Below the pieces are notes generated by a model that saw only the letters and a list, made by a program, of their open reading frames with translations, did not search any database and was not told where the DNA came from. Below, one piece after another: positions 1 through 9,891 of a DNA stretch of 64,000 nt. Where the stretch lies: positions 704,001 through 768,000 of the forward strand of contig CAVOKF010000007.1 of NCBI GenBank assembly GCA_963696385.1. Direction: 5' to 3'. The translations under genes were made by a program, and so were the position numbers. Positions within the stretch are counted from its first letter, which is position 1; the number at the start of each line of letters is the position of its first letter. This stretch comes from an uncultured delta proteobacterium (GTDB lineage Bacteria > Myxococcota_A > Polyangia > Polyangiales > Polyangiaceae).

Positions 1-435
1 GAGCTTGAGCATGAGCGCCACTTGCGCCTCCGGCGCGAGACGCGGATGGCAACAGGCGAACATCATCCGGAGCTGGTCGTCGCGGATCTCCGACTCGACG
101 AAGAGCGCGTCCAGGGTCGACCCCAGCGTCCACTCGCTGTCGAGCTGGTAGCTGAGGTCGGGCGCAAACCGCCGTGCCGAGCGCTCGCGACGGACGACGT
201 CCATCGCCCCGTTGCGCGCGGTCAACATCAGCCACGCAGCCGGGTTGTCGGGGACGCGTCCGAACCGCCACGTCTCGAGCGCGCGCACGAGAGTCTCCTG
301 AACGACGTCCTCGGCGAGGTCGACGTTGTGTATGCCCAGAACGCGCACGAGTCCCGCGAGCATCCGCCCGGCCTCGTGCCGGAACAGGTGCTCGACGAGC
401 CTCGGCGCTTCGGGTTCGGGGACCGCGCCCGTCAC
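1..435 (-). CDS. ECF sigma-70 factor (ECF42-like), 3' end runs off the window
   Basis: Manual translation from GTG 435: MTGAVPEPEAPRLVEHLFRHEAGRMLAGLVRVLGIHNVDLAEDVVQETLVRALETWRFGRVPDNPAAWLMLTARN (region 2 motifs AEDxxQE, PxAWL). Lies directly downstream of a YCII/DGPF gene, the known ECF42 context. Not in the ORF track. Confidence 0.85.
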   Translation of the reverse strand, partial: MTGAVPEPEAPRLVEHLFRHEAGRMLAGLVRVLGIHNVDLAEDVVQETLVRALETWRFGRVPDNPAAWLMLTARNGAMDVVRRERSARRFAPDLSYQLDSEWTLGSTLDALFVESEIRDDQLRMMFACCHPRLAPEAQVALMLKL

Positions 436-444
436 CGACGGAGC

Positions 445-792
445 CTATCCTGGCATGGGAGCGAGGCCGCGCACCTCGATCGAGCCCCCCTCGTCCGGGC
501 CGGGGCATCCTTTGGCGATCTCGTAAGCTTCGGCCAAATCCTTGGCGGTGACGATGAGGTACCCACCGACGATGTCCTTGGCCTCGGCATAAGGACCATC
601 CGTGACGACCCTCTTCTTGCCGGCAATGACCTTGCCCCCGCTCTCGAGCGGCTGTCCGCCCTTGAGCTGACCCTTCTTGCCGATCCCGCCGATCCACCCC
701 AACCACTTCTGCGTGCTGGCCTGCAGTTCGGCCGGGGTATGCCCCGGCTCGTGCTGCATGCCGCCCCGAAACAGGAACAGGTAATCTGCCAT
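445..792 (-). CDS. YCII-related (DGPF-type) protein
   Basis: MADYLFLFRGG...VTDGPYAEAKDIVGGYLIV...CP...GSIEVR; AGGAG upstream of ATG 792. Confidence 0.9.
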   Translation of the reverse strand: MADYLFLFRGGMQHEPGHTPAELQASTQKWLGWIGGIGKKGQLKGGQPLESGGKVIAGKKRVVTDGPYAEAKDIVGGYLIVTAKDLAEAYEIAKGCPGPDEGGSIEVRGLAPMPG

Positions 793-866
793 GATGGTTC
801 TCCTGGTTAGGACCGACTTTAGCGTCGGCTGTCTATACAACGGATGACCGGGGCGTCCCCGGACAA

Positions 867-1781
867 CTATCGAACGCCCATCGCGCGGCCCCCGCGGCGA
901 CCTCTACGAGCCTCGTCACGGTCGACTCGCTTCTTCGCTGCGGCGCCGAGGCGCCCGGCCGGACGCCCGCGGGCGGCCCGGCGTCCGAATCGGAATCCGA
1001 TCAGGAAATCGACGCGGAGCATCAGGCCGCCCGCGTCTCGCGCGAAAAGCGGCGCGATCGACCAACCGATCGACGGACGAGCGCCGTCGTCGAGCTTGCC
1101 TGCGCGATAGTGTTCGAGCACGTCCGCGAGATGGTGCGGCTGGGTGAAGACGTTGACTTCGCCGACTGCCGTGCCGATAGAGGCGCTGATGGCCGCCGAC
1201 TTCCAGCGGCCAAAACCCCAGCCGAGGACGGCGACCAGACCCGCGTTGAAGGCGACATTGCCGACGTGCGGAACCCAGCCTGCGCTGAGCCGCTGCTGCT
1301 TCTCGGCGTGGATCAGAGTGTCCTCGGCTTGCGCCAACAGGCGGCAAGGTGGCGCGTCGCGCCAGTGACGCCTCGCGGTCCGAAGAGGAAGTGTGATGGT
1401 CAGCGGCAAGCCGAAGAGCGACACGGACCCGATCGCCGCCGAAACGGCACCCACGGCCAGGTCCTTGTGAAGGCCGGCATCGCTCACGAGTGAAATCGCG
1501 ACGCCCTGCGCGACGGCCGCACCGACGTAGATCGAGCCCCACGTCCAAGACCAGAGATCGAGGTCGCGCACTTCGCGATCGAAGGATCGCGCCAGAAACG
1601 CGAGACGCGCTTCCGCATCGACGTCGGCGAGGCCTGGCGCGTCGGCGGGCGCAGGACACGACGCCGCCCGACAGGGGCGAGCGGCGAATCCGACGGCCGC
1701 CCACGCGACGAACGCACCGGCGACGCACCGGCTACGCCGACACGGCCGTTTGCGCGCACCCGGCCGGTGGCGACGCGTCAC
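867..1781 (-). CDS. hypothetical exported/membrane protein
   Basis: C-terminal half of the 867..3053 ORF. GTG 1781 overlaps the MFS stop (GTGA). Signal-like N-terminus and several hydrophobic helices (WSWTWGSIYVGAAVAQG, GNVAFNAGLVAVLG). The true end may be near 1001 (...GGLMLRVDF) if there is a 1-nt indel. Confidence 0.65.
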   Translation of the reverse strand: MTRRHRPGARKRPCRRSRCVAGAFVAWAAVGFAARPCRAASCPAPADAPGLADVDAEARLAFLARSFDREVRDLDLWSWTWGSIYVGAAVAQGVAISLVSDAGLHKDLAVGAVSAAIGSVSLFGLPLTITLPLRTARRHWRDAPPCRLLAQAEDTLIHAEKQQRLSAGWVPHVGNVAFNAGLVAVLGWGFGRWKSAAISASIGTAVGEVNVFTQPHHLADVLEHYRAGKLDDGARPSIGWSIAPLFARDAGGLMLRVDFLIGFRFGRRAARGRPAGRLGAAAKKRVDRDEARRGRRGGRAMGVR

Positions 1782-3053
1782 GGCGTCGCCCCGCGAGCGA
1801 AGTCCAACCCCGCTTCGTCGAGTCGATCCATCCCCCGCAGCGTACGAAACCAAAACGTGTACATCGCGACCACGACGAGCGTCCCGAAGCCACCCACCAC
1901 CACCGCCGGGACCGCGCCCCACCATGCCGCGGTCACGCCGGACTCGAGCCCGCCGAGATCGCTCGACGCTGTGATGAACATCATGCTGACGGCGCTCACG
2001 CGGCCGCGCATCTCGTGGGGCGTGCGAAGCTGCACCACCGTCGCGCGAAGGACGACGCTGACCATGTCGGACGCCCCGAGAACGACAAGCGACGCAAGCG
2101 AGAGGCCGAAGTTGCGCGAAAGGCCGAAAACGATGGTCGCAAGGCCGAAGGTCGCAACGCATGCGAGCAGGATCGGACCCGCTCGCCGCGTGAGGGGCCG
2201 GTACGCCAGTGCGACCGCCATAGCGACGGCACCGACGGCAGGTGCGCTCCGAAGCGCGCCAAGCCCCCGCGGGCCGACGTGCAGGACGTCGCTCGCGAAA
2301 ATGGGCAAAAGCGCCGTCGCACCCCCAAGGAGAACCGCGAACAGATTCGAGCGACACGGACTCGAGGATGAGCGGGTGTGCGCGCACGAAGTGCAGCCCG
2401 GCGAGGACCTCGCTCCACGTCATGGCTTTCTTGTCGGCCGCCGAAGGCCGCGGGCGAAGCGACAGCGCCAAAAGCGAGGCGGACGTGTGGAGCGCCGCGC
2501 ACGCGGCGTAGACCCACGTCGCGTCCCCGGCGACGCCATAGAGAAGGCCGCCGGCCACTGGGCCGACGATGGTCGAAGCTTGCCAAGCCGTCGAAGTCCA
2601 CGAGACCGCGTTCGGAAAGTGTTGCGGCGCTACAATCTCCGGCACCAGAGCCTGACCGGCCGGTGCGTCGAACGCGCGCGCGACGCCGACGAGGAACAGG
2701 ACGGCGTAGATCGGCGCGACCGTCTCGAGGCGATAGGCCGCGATGGCCGCGAGCGCGAGGGCACACGCCGCCAGCGCGAGATTGCAGACGGCGACGAGCC
2801 GCCTGCAATCCACGCGGTCGGCGACGCTTCCCGCGAGCAACGAGAGCCCGAACGCCGGCACGAACTGCACGAGCCCGACGTAGCCGAGGTCGATCGCCCG
2901 ATGCGTGATCGCATAGACCTGCCAGCCGACGGCCACGCCGAGCATCTGCTCGCCGAGATTCGCGAGCGACCACGAAGCGACGTAACGGCGAAAGTCGCGA
3001 TGCTGAAAGGCAGCGCGAGGCGCAACGGTCGCATGGATGGCCTCGCCCGCCAT
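1778..3053 (-). CDS. MFS transporter (EntS/macrolide-efflux-like), frameshifted near 2346
   Basis: AFQHRDFRRY...AVGWQVY...AGSVADR in one frame. Removing one A (CTC GAA TCT G -> CTC GAT CTG) gives [28 protein letters not shown]..., continuing in the 1778..2308 frame. Confidence 0.88.
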
Positions 3054-3147
3054 CGGTCAGCGCAGCGCCCCTTGGCCCAGGCTTCCACGGCAGCCAAAGC
3101 CCCGCGCGTCCGAGGCGAGATGGTTTGGTGCTACGGTCGCGGCCGCC

Positions 3148-5079
3148 ATGGAAAACGTTCCCGCCTCGACTCTACCCTATCGCCCCGCCGCCTCCGCCGA
3201 CCTTCACCCCAAAGCTTCCCTGGCGGCCCTGACGATCGGCGCACTCGGCGTCGTCTTCGGCGACATCGGTACGAGCCCTCTTTATACGTTGCGCGAGTGT
3301 CTGCACGGGACGGGGCGCGGCGCTCCAGCGGCGGAGGACATCTACGGTCTGCTTTCGCTCATCTTCTGGTCTCTCACGATGGTCGTCACGCTCAAATATT
3401 TGACGTTCATCATGCGCGCGGACGACCACGGTGAAGGCGGGATCTTCGCGCTGCTGGCCATCGTCCCCGAGAGGCTCCGGATGCGAAGTGCAAACAAGAT
3501 CTCCGCCGTCGCCCTCATCGTCGTGGTCGGTGCGGCGCTCCTCTACGGCGACGGCGCGATCACTCCCGCCATTTCGGTCCTCAGCGCCATCGAAGGACTC
3601 ACGGTCGCACGGCCGTCGCTCGCGCCGGCGGTCATCCCGATCACGTGCATGATTCTGCTCGCCCTTTTCACCGTACAGAAGCGTGGGACCGGAGCCGTGG
3701 GGCAGCTTTTCGGGCCCATCATGCTCGCGTGGTTTTTGACGATCGGCGGGCTCGGCGCTTACCAGGTCCTGCTGCAGCCCCAGGTTCTGACAGCGCTGTC
3801 GCCGCACCACGCCGTCCATTACTTCGCGGTGCACGGCGTGCCCGGCTTTCTCGTTTTGGGATCGGTCGTCCTGGCCGTCACGGGGGGCGAGGCCCTGTAC
3901 GCGGACATGGGCCACTTCGGCGCCCGACCCATCCGTGTCGCGTGGCTCTCGCTCGCGATGCCGGCGCTGGTGCTCTGCTACTTCGGCCAAGGAGCGCTCA
4001 TTCTTCGCGAGCCGGAGGCGGCCGAGGCCCCATTTTTTTCCATGGTCCCCGCCGGGCCCGCCACCTTGGCGCTCGTCGGACTCTCGAGCGTGGCCACGGT
4101 GATCGCGTCCCAAGCGCTCATCTCGGGAGCGTTCTCGCTCACGCGCCAGGCCATGCAGCTCGGCTATTTCCCACGCGTGACCATCAAACACACGGCGGCG
4201 CATACCGAGGGGCAGATCTACATCCCGCAGATCAACTGGATTCTCGCCGTCGGCTGCCTGCTTCTGGTCATCGGCTTCCAGAAGTCCGATCGCCTGGCTT
4301 CGGCGTACGGCATCGCGGTGACGGGAACGATGGCCCTCACCTCGCTCGTTTATTACGTCGTCATGCGCAACACGTGGAAGTGGCCGCAGCCGGTGTGCTT
4401 GGCGGTTCTTTTGGTCTTCCTTTCTTTCGATCTGCCCTTTTTCGCCGCGAACACGGTCAAGATCCTCGACGGGGGATGGGTCCCCGTGGCGATCGGGATT
4501 GGGTTCATCGCCGCCATGCTCATCTGGAGCAAGGGCCGCACGTTGATCGTCGAAGAGTACCTTCGCCGGAGCTCGACGATGGAAGAGGCGCTCGAGCGCG
4601 TGCTCTCACGGGTCGTGGCCCGACTGCCTGGGACGGGCATTTTCATGTCGTCGACCACGACGCACGCCCCGCCGGTCCTGCTCCACATGGTGGAACGGGA
4701 GCGGGCGCTCCACGAGAGGGTCGTGCTCCTCACCGTGGTCACGGAAACGAGGCCGGAGGTGCCCGAAGAGCGACGCCTCGACGTCAAAGCCCTCGGCAAC
4801 GACATCTATCAGGTGGTCGCCACGTACGGATTCATGCAGGAGCCGAACGTGCCGAAGGTCCTCGCCGAGGCGGCGTCGCTCCTCGGGCTGCCCATCAACC
4901 CCGACGAGACGACGTATTACCTGGGACGCGAGAGCGTGCACGCGTCGCAAAAGGGGGCCATGGGGCTCTTTGCGGAGGGCCTCTTCAGCTACCTGCAGCG
5001 CAATGCCGTCACGGCCGACCGGCACTTTCACATCCCGCCCAAGCAGGTCATCGAGATCGGCATCCAACTCGATCTGTAG
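3148..5079 (+). CDS. kup: KUP/HAK/KT potassium transporter
   Basis: ALGVVFGDIGTSPLY, GEGGIFAL, GDGAITPAISVLSA, GGEALYADMGHFG, GQIYIP, YGFMQ motifs. Confidence 0.97.
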   Translation: MENVPASTLPYRPAASADLHPKASLAALTIGALGVVFGDIGTSPLYTLRECLHGTGRGAPAAEDIYGLLSLIFWSLTMVVTLKYLTFIMRADDHGEGGIFALLAIVPERLRMRSANKISAVALIVVVGAALLYGDGAITPAISVLSAIEGLTVARPSLAPAVIPITCMILLALFTVQKRGTGAVGQLFGPIMLAWFLTIGGLGAYQVLLQPQVLTALSPHHAVHYFAVHGVPGFLVLGSVVLAVTGGEALYADMGHFGARPIRVAWLSLAMPALVLCYFGQGALILREPEAAEAPFFSMVPAGPATLALVGLSSVATVIASQALISGAFSLTRQAMQLGYFPRVTIKHTAAHTEGQIYIPQINWILAVGCLLLVIGFQKSDRLASAYGIAVTGTMALTSLVYYVVMRNTWKWPQPVCLAVLLVFLSFDLPFFAANTVKILDGGWVPVAIGIGFIAAMLIWSKGRTLIVEEYLRRSSTMEEALERVLSRVVARLPGTGIFMSSTTTHAPPVLLHMVERERALHERVVLLTVVTETRPEVPEERRLDVKALGNDIYQVVATYGFMQEPNVPKVLAEAASLLGLPINPDETTYYLGRESVHASQKGAMGLFAEGLFSYLQRNAVTADRHFHIPPKQVIEIGIQLDL

Positions 5080-5379
5080 CGGCGAGGGGGGCCCGCGGCT
5101 GCCTGGCCACCGCTACGGCCCTGGCGGCCCGGCTTGGGCCGTTGAGCCCGCACGCCCATCCGCAAGGTGGGGGTGAAGCAGCGGGGCCGTGCGCCGCTAC
5201 CGCCGTAGCTGTCGGTCATCTTGCAGCCGTGCCAGAAGTCGCTGGCCCCGAAGGATGCGTATCGAGCGCTGCTTCCACTGGCATCGGCGCTGGCCGGAAC
5301 GGAGAATGGAACCCGCCGCCACGCAACGCCGCTCAGGCGATGCCTGCAACGGCGCCACAAGTTGCTAGCATACGTCGCG

Positions 5380-7395
5380 ATGCGTGTTCGCTTTCCGCAT
5401 GCTCTCGCTTCGGGTATCGCCGTCGCGGGGCTGATCTTCGCCTGCGGAGCGCGCACCGGGCTCATCGTGGTCGAGCGCGGACCGGCCACCGAGGCAGGCG
5501 TCGATGCCACAAGCACGGTGCAAGACTCCTCGGTCGGCGAGCGCGACGTTTGCTCGGACCAAACCTACTGCGACCCGAACGACCCTGGACACGTCTACCA
5601 ATGCGGCGAGCCGCTCAGCACCCCCGCGTGCAGCTTGCTCGAGCAGTGCGAAGAGACCGACGGTGGTGCCGCGTGCGTCAATCCGTGCGTGGATTCTCTG
5701 GGCAACAACACGTCGAACGGATGCGACTTTTACGCGGTCGAGATGGATACCACGCCGGACGCAACCGGCGTCTGCTACGCCGTCTTCGTCGTCAACCAAT
5801 GGGCGACCGGCGAGGCGGCGAGACTGCAGGTCATGCTCGGAAACACGATTTTGCCCATTGAGCAGTTCGCGCGCATTCCTACCGGCACAGGGACCGGGAT
5901 CGCATACGGTCCGTTCAATGCCGAGACGGGTCTACCGACCAACCAGATCGCCATTCTGTTTCTCTCGCGCGATCCGACCCATGCCGGTGACCCGGACGCC
6001 GCTCTGGACGACCCGGCCGTCCTTGCCGATTGCCCCCCCGGCGTGACGCCCGCCGTCGTGGGCGACGCTGCCCTCCACGGCACCGGGATCGGTACGGCCT
6101 TCCACATTCAAACGAACGTCCCGATCGTGGCGTACCAGATGCTGCCTTACGGCGGCGGACACGCGCGAGTCACCGGGTCGACGCTGCTCGTGCCCACGAA
6201 TGCATGGGACACGAATTATGTCGTCGCGGACGCGTACAAGGCGCCCTCGGTTCTGATTCGAAGCGATCCGCGCGCTGGGCCGACGACCGTCGTCGTCGCC
6301 GATCACGACGGAACGAACGTCACGATCAAGCCGACGGTCGACGTCGTCAAAGGGCCGGCGCTCGCCGGAACGCCGGCGAACGTGCCCGTCACGTACACGC
6401 TCAACCAGGGCCAGTACCTGCAGTTCACACAACCCGCCGAGCTCACGGGCAGCGCCGTGCAAGCGGACGCGCCCATCTCGGTCATCGGCGGGTCGACGCT
6501 GATGGATGTACCGTTGAACATTGCCCGCGCCGACACAGCCGAGCAGATGCTGCCGCCCGTGCGAGCTCTCGGCAGCGAGTACGTCGCGGTCCGCTACCGG
6601 AACCGAGGATCGACCGAAGAGATCGTCCCTTGGCGGATCGTGGGTGTCGTCGACGGCACGGAGCTCACCTACGACCCACCTCAGGCCGGAGCCCCGGCTG
6701 CGATCGACGCGCAGGAGATGATCGAGTTTGACGAGCCGGGTCCGTTCGTCGTGTCGAGTCAGGACGCGAACCATCCCTTCTACGTTGCCGCCTACATGAC
6801 CGGTGGCTGCGGCGACAGCCCCGCGCCCGAGCCCGCGGACGCGGGGGACGCGGGCGAGGCGAGCGTATTGGGCTGCGCCCCAGGGACCGGCTCGCTCGAA
6901 GGGTTCGGCGACCCGGAGTTCATGGGCGTGGTACCTCCGGCTCAGTACCTGCCGCGCTACACCTTTTTCACGGATCCGACCTATCCGGAAACGAACCTCG
7001 TCATCGTGCGCGTTCGCGACTCCCAAACGGCGCAGATGCCCGACGTGACACTCGACTGCGCGGGGGTGCTCAACGGCTGGCAGCCCGTCGGCGCCAGCGG
7101 AAGGTATGAGATGACGCGCGTGGATTTGTCGACCGGAAACTTTCAAGGTGTGGGCAATTGCAACAATGGTGTGCACATCATCTCGGCGGCGCTCGCCGGT
7201 GCAGCCGGCAATCCCCCGCCCACACCCTACCTCGGAGTCACGATATGGGGATGGGGCAATGACATCACATGGCCCACGGACAACTTCGTGCTAACGGACG
7301 AAACGAATCCGAATTTCACGCGCTGGGTCAGCTACGGGTATCCCGCAGGGGCGAATTTCAAGCCGCTCAATACCGTCGTTCTGTCGGCGCAGTAG
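5380..7395 (+). CDS. lipoprotein with IgGFc-binding-like domain
   Basis: Lipobox (LIFAC). SNGCDFYAV, AFHIQTNVPIVAYQ, EQMLPPVRALGSEY, GDPEF, SYGYPAG are typical of myxobacterial IgGFc_binding proteins. Confidence 0.8.
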   Translation: MRVRFPHALASGIAVAGLIFACGARTGLIVVERGPATEAGVDATSTVQDSSVGERDVCSDQTYCDPNDPGHVYQCGEPLSTPACSLLEQCEETDGGAACVNPCVDSLGNNTSNGCDFYAVEMDTTPDATGVCYAVFVVNQWATGEAARLQVMLGNTILPIEQFARIPTGTGTGIAYGPFNAETGLPTNQIAILFLSRDPTHAGDPDAALDDPAVLADCPPGVTPAVVGDAALHGTGIGTAFHIQTNVPIVAYQMLPYGGGHARVTGSTLLVPTNAWDTNYVVADAYKAPSVLIRSDPRAGPTTVVVADHDGTNVTIKPTVDVVKGPALAGTPANVPVTYTLNQGQYLQFTQPAELTGSAVQADAPISVIGGSTLMDVPLNIARADTAEQMLPPVRALGSEYVAVRYRNRGSTEEIVPWRIVGVVDGTELTYDPPQAGAPAAIDAQEMIEFDEPGPFVVSSQDANHPFYVAAYMTGGCGDSPAPEPADAGDAGEASVLGCAPGTGSLEGFGDPEFMGVVPPAQYLPRYTFFTDPTYPETNLVIVRVRDSQTAQMPDVTLDCAGVLNGWQPVGASGRYEMTRVDLSTGNFQGVGNCNNGVHIISAALAGAAGNPPPTPYLGVTIWGWGNDITWPTDNFVLTDETNPNFTRWVSYGYPAGANFKPLNTVVLSAQ

Positions 7396-7449
7396 CGACC
7401 CCGACCCCGACTACCCCGACCCCGACAACCCCGACCCGACCCCGACAAC
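7396..7449. repeat. short tandem (ACCCCG)-based repeat between convergent genes
   Basis: CGACCCCGACCCCGACTACCCCGACCCCGACAACCCCGACCCGACCCCGACAAC read directly. Confidence 0.9.
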
Positions 7450-8793
7450 TCATCCCTCTTCTTGAACGCGACCGCCCGCGAGGACGGCTCGACGCCACCA
7501 CGCCGGCCGGTCTCGCCTCTGTGGACGCGAAGGCGTCCGGCACGCGAGCTCGAGGGCATCCGCCAGCGCCCCCGATGTCGCGAAGCGCTCGTTGGGATCG
7601 ACCGCGCAAACGCGATCGAACCAGGCCTGGAAGCCGCACGGCAAACCGCCCCGGACGCTGTCGGCCTTGGGACGCGGCGCAAGGCACACGCGGTAAATCG
7701 TATCGCCGGGTGCGCGCCCGGCGAATGGAGAGCGGCCGGTGAGCGCTTCGTACGCGCAGACGCCCAGCGCCCACAGGTCCGATTGCGCGCTGACCTCGCC
7801 ACCCTGCAGCTGCTCGGGACTCATGTATTCGAGCGTGCCCATCAGGTGGTCTTGCTCGGTGAGCGGCGAGCGGCCCTCTTCCGATAGCTTGGCGACTCCG
7901 AAATCGACCAGCTTGGCCGTGTAAGCCGAAGTCGCGTCGACCGTAGGCACGGCGAGAAAGACGTTCGCTGGAGTGATGTCGCGGTGGAGCACGCCGTGAC
8001 CGTGGGCCGCCGCGAGGCCTCGCGCGACGTGCGCGACGATGTGCACCACCTCGCCCGCGGCAAGCGGTCCGCGACGCGCGATCGCTTGGGCGAGCGTCTC
8101 ACCGTGGAGGCGGTCCATCACGATGTACGGCTCGCCGCCCCGCGTGACGCCGTAGTCGTGCACACGTGCGACGTGATCGGAGTGAATGAGCGACGCTGCG
8201 CGCGCCTCGCGGGCGAATCGCGCACGGGCCTTTACGTCGCGCGCGAACTCGGGCCGCATGAACTTGATGGCGACCCGCGTGCGAAGCGCGATGTGTTCGG
8301 CCTCGAAGACCGTGCCCATGCCACCCTCGCCGAGCTTGCCCGTGACGCGGTAGCGATCGGCCACGATATCGCCCAAGTCGGTCGCCGCCGAGGGCGACGG
8401 ATCGCCGGTCCGCCCCGCCACCCGGCCGCGTAGGCCGGCGCGAAGCCGCATTTCGAGCTCGGCCCGCTCGAACGGTTTGACCACGTAGTCGTCGGCTCCG
8501 GCGGCCAGACCGGCGACCACGTCGGCACGGCTCCGCGCGGTGAGCATCAGAATGAACGTGTCGCCGTGGGGAGACCGCTCCCGCACACGTCGGATCACCT
8601 CGGTGCCGTCGAGACCCGGCATCATCCAGTCGACGATGGCCGCTTTGGGAGCGTCCGGCTCGCTCATGATCCGCCAGGCCTCGTTGCCGTCGGCCGCTAC
8701 GACCGGCTCGAAGCCCCACGCGCGCACGCTCACCTCGAGCAGTCGCCGCAGCGCCGCATCGTCATCGGCCACGAGGACACGTTGGCTCACCAT
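7450..8793 (-). CDS. response-regulator receiver fused to Hanks-type Ser/Thr kinase
   Basis: REC: VLVADDD, IVDWMMPGLDG, LTAR, DYVVKPF. Kinase: LGEGGMGTV, VAIK, HRDITPANV, DFG, GTLEYMSPEQ, DLWALG. Confidence 0.93.
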   Translation of the reverse strand: MVSQRVLVADDDAALRRLLEVSVRAWGFEPVVAADGNEAWRIMSEPDAPKAAIVDWMMPGLDGTEVIRRVRERSPHGDTFILMLTARSRADVVAGLAAGADDYVVKPFERAELEMRLRAGLRGRVAGRTGDPSPSAATDLGDIVADRYRVTGKLGEGGMGTVFEAEHIALRTRVAIKFMRPEFARDVKARARFAREARAASLIHSDHVARVHDYGVTRGGEPYIVMDRLHGETLAQAIARRGPLAAGEVVHIVAHVARGLAAAHGHGVLHRDITPANVFLAVPTVDATSAYTAKLVDFGVAKLSEEGRSPLTEQDHLMGTLEYMSPEQLQGGEVSAQSDLWALGVCAYEALTGRSPFAGRAPGDTIYRVCLAPRPKADSVRGGLPCGFQAWFDRVCAVDPNERFATSGALADALELACRTPSRPQRRDRPAWWRRAVLAGGRVQEEG

Positions 8794-8924
8794 CCATGGA
8801 ACGCCCGCCCCGAAAAACTCTTGAGCCGATTCGTGGGCGACCGCGCAGGGGCGCCGACGTCCAGGCACACGATGGGCCTTCGGAAAGACGTCACATTCCG
8901 GTGCCGCCAGCGTCTCAAGACATT

Positions 8925-9797
8925 ATGAGGACGTTTGCGGCATCGTCACGCGCGGTCGCTTCAGGCTTTCTGGGCGCGGTCCTCTTGTCGGCGTCCGTCG
9001 CGCAGGCGGATCCCCCGCCCCTCGAGGAGGGACAGCACTTCTCGCTCGACCCGGTCTCCGACGGCGTGATGACGGTGACGGGCTTCGGGTTCGCGGGATT
9101 GCTCGGACTGGTTCTCGGCACCGGCGAGATCAAACCCCCGCTGCCGACAGCCTCCACGAGCCAACTCCTGTTTTTCGACCGAATCGCCGTGACGCAGACG
9201 ATCGATCCGCACGCGGCCACGTACTCGAACATCGGCCTGTATACGGCCATCGGGTTCGCGGTGGTCGATCCCGTTCTGTCGGGCTTTCGGGATGGCACCG
9301 ACGCTTTGCTCGTCGACGCGTTCATGTACGCGGAGTCCGGATCGCTCGCGCTCACGCTCACGGACATCACCAAGATCGCCGTTCGCCGGCCCCGTCCCAT
9401 CGACTACAAGAACTGCGAGCTGCCGACCGGCGCGACCACGGTCCCGGCCAGCTGCAACTCCACCGATCTCGGCCTTTCCTTCTTCTCCGGGCACGCCGCA
9501 GCCGTTTCCGCCATTGGCGCGACGGCAACGTACCTCGCCTTCGTGCGATCGCCCCGCTCGCCTCGCCCGTGGATCACGCTCGGCGTCGCCACGGCGCTCA
9601 CCGCGTTCGTCAGCTACGAGCGCGTCCGAGCGGGCGAGCATTTCCCGAGCGACGTCGTCGCGGGATCGTTAGCGGGCGCGGCCGTGGGCATTCTCGTGCC
9701 GCACCTTCATCGGCACAAAGCGGAGGCTCCGGCCGTCTGGATCGGCGTCGCCCCGGTTCCCGGGGGGGGTTCGCTGGCGTTGCAGGGACGATTCTGA
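8925..9797 (+). CDS. PAP2-family phosphatase, exported/membrane
   Basis: KIAVRRPRP, SFFSGH, RVRAGEHFPSDV (three PAP2 motifs); signal peptide ending AQA-D. Confidence 0.92.
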   Translation: MRTFAASSRAVASGFLGAVLLSASVAQADPPPLEEGQHFSLDPVSDGVMTVTGFGFAGLLGLVLGTGEIKPPLPTASTSQLLFFDRIAVTQTIDPHAATYSNIGLYTAIGFAVVDPVLSGFRDGTDALLVDAFMYAESGSLALTLTDITKIAVRRPRPIDYKNCELPTGATTVPASCNSTDLGLSFFSGHAAAVSAIGATATYLAFVRSPRSPRPWITLGVATALTAFVSYERVRAGEHFPSDVVAGSLAGAAVGILVPHLHRHKAEAPAVWIGVAPVPGGGSLALQGRF

Positions 9798-9891
9798 GAG
9801 CGGCCAACGCCCCCTGCCCTGCCGCGCGCAGGCGGGCTCACGGCTCCGCACACACTGGAATCGGTTTTTCTGGCGCGGGGGCGCTCCGATG

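Noticed and set aside
867..3053. 728-aa MFS fusion protein in the ORF track
   Set aside because: It is an artefact of a 1-nt insertion near 2346; the true MFS ends at 1778 and a separate gene starts at 1781.
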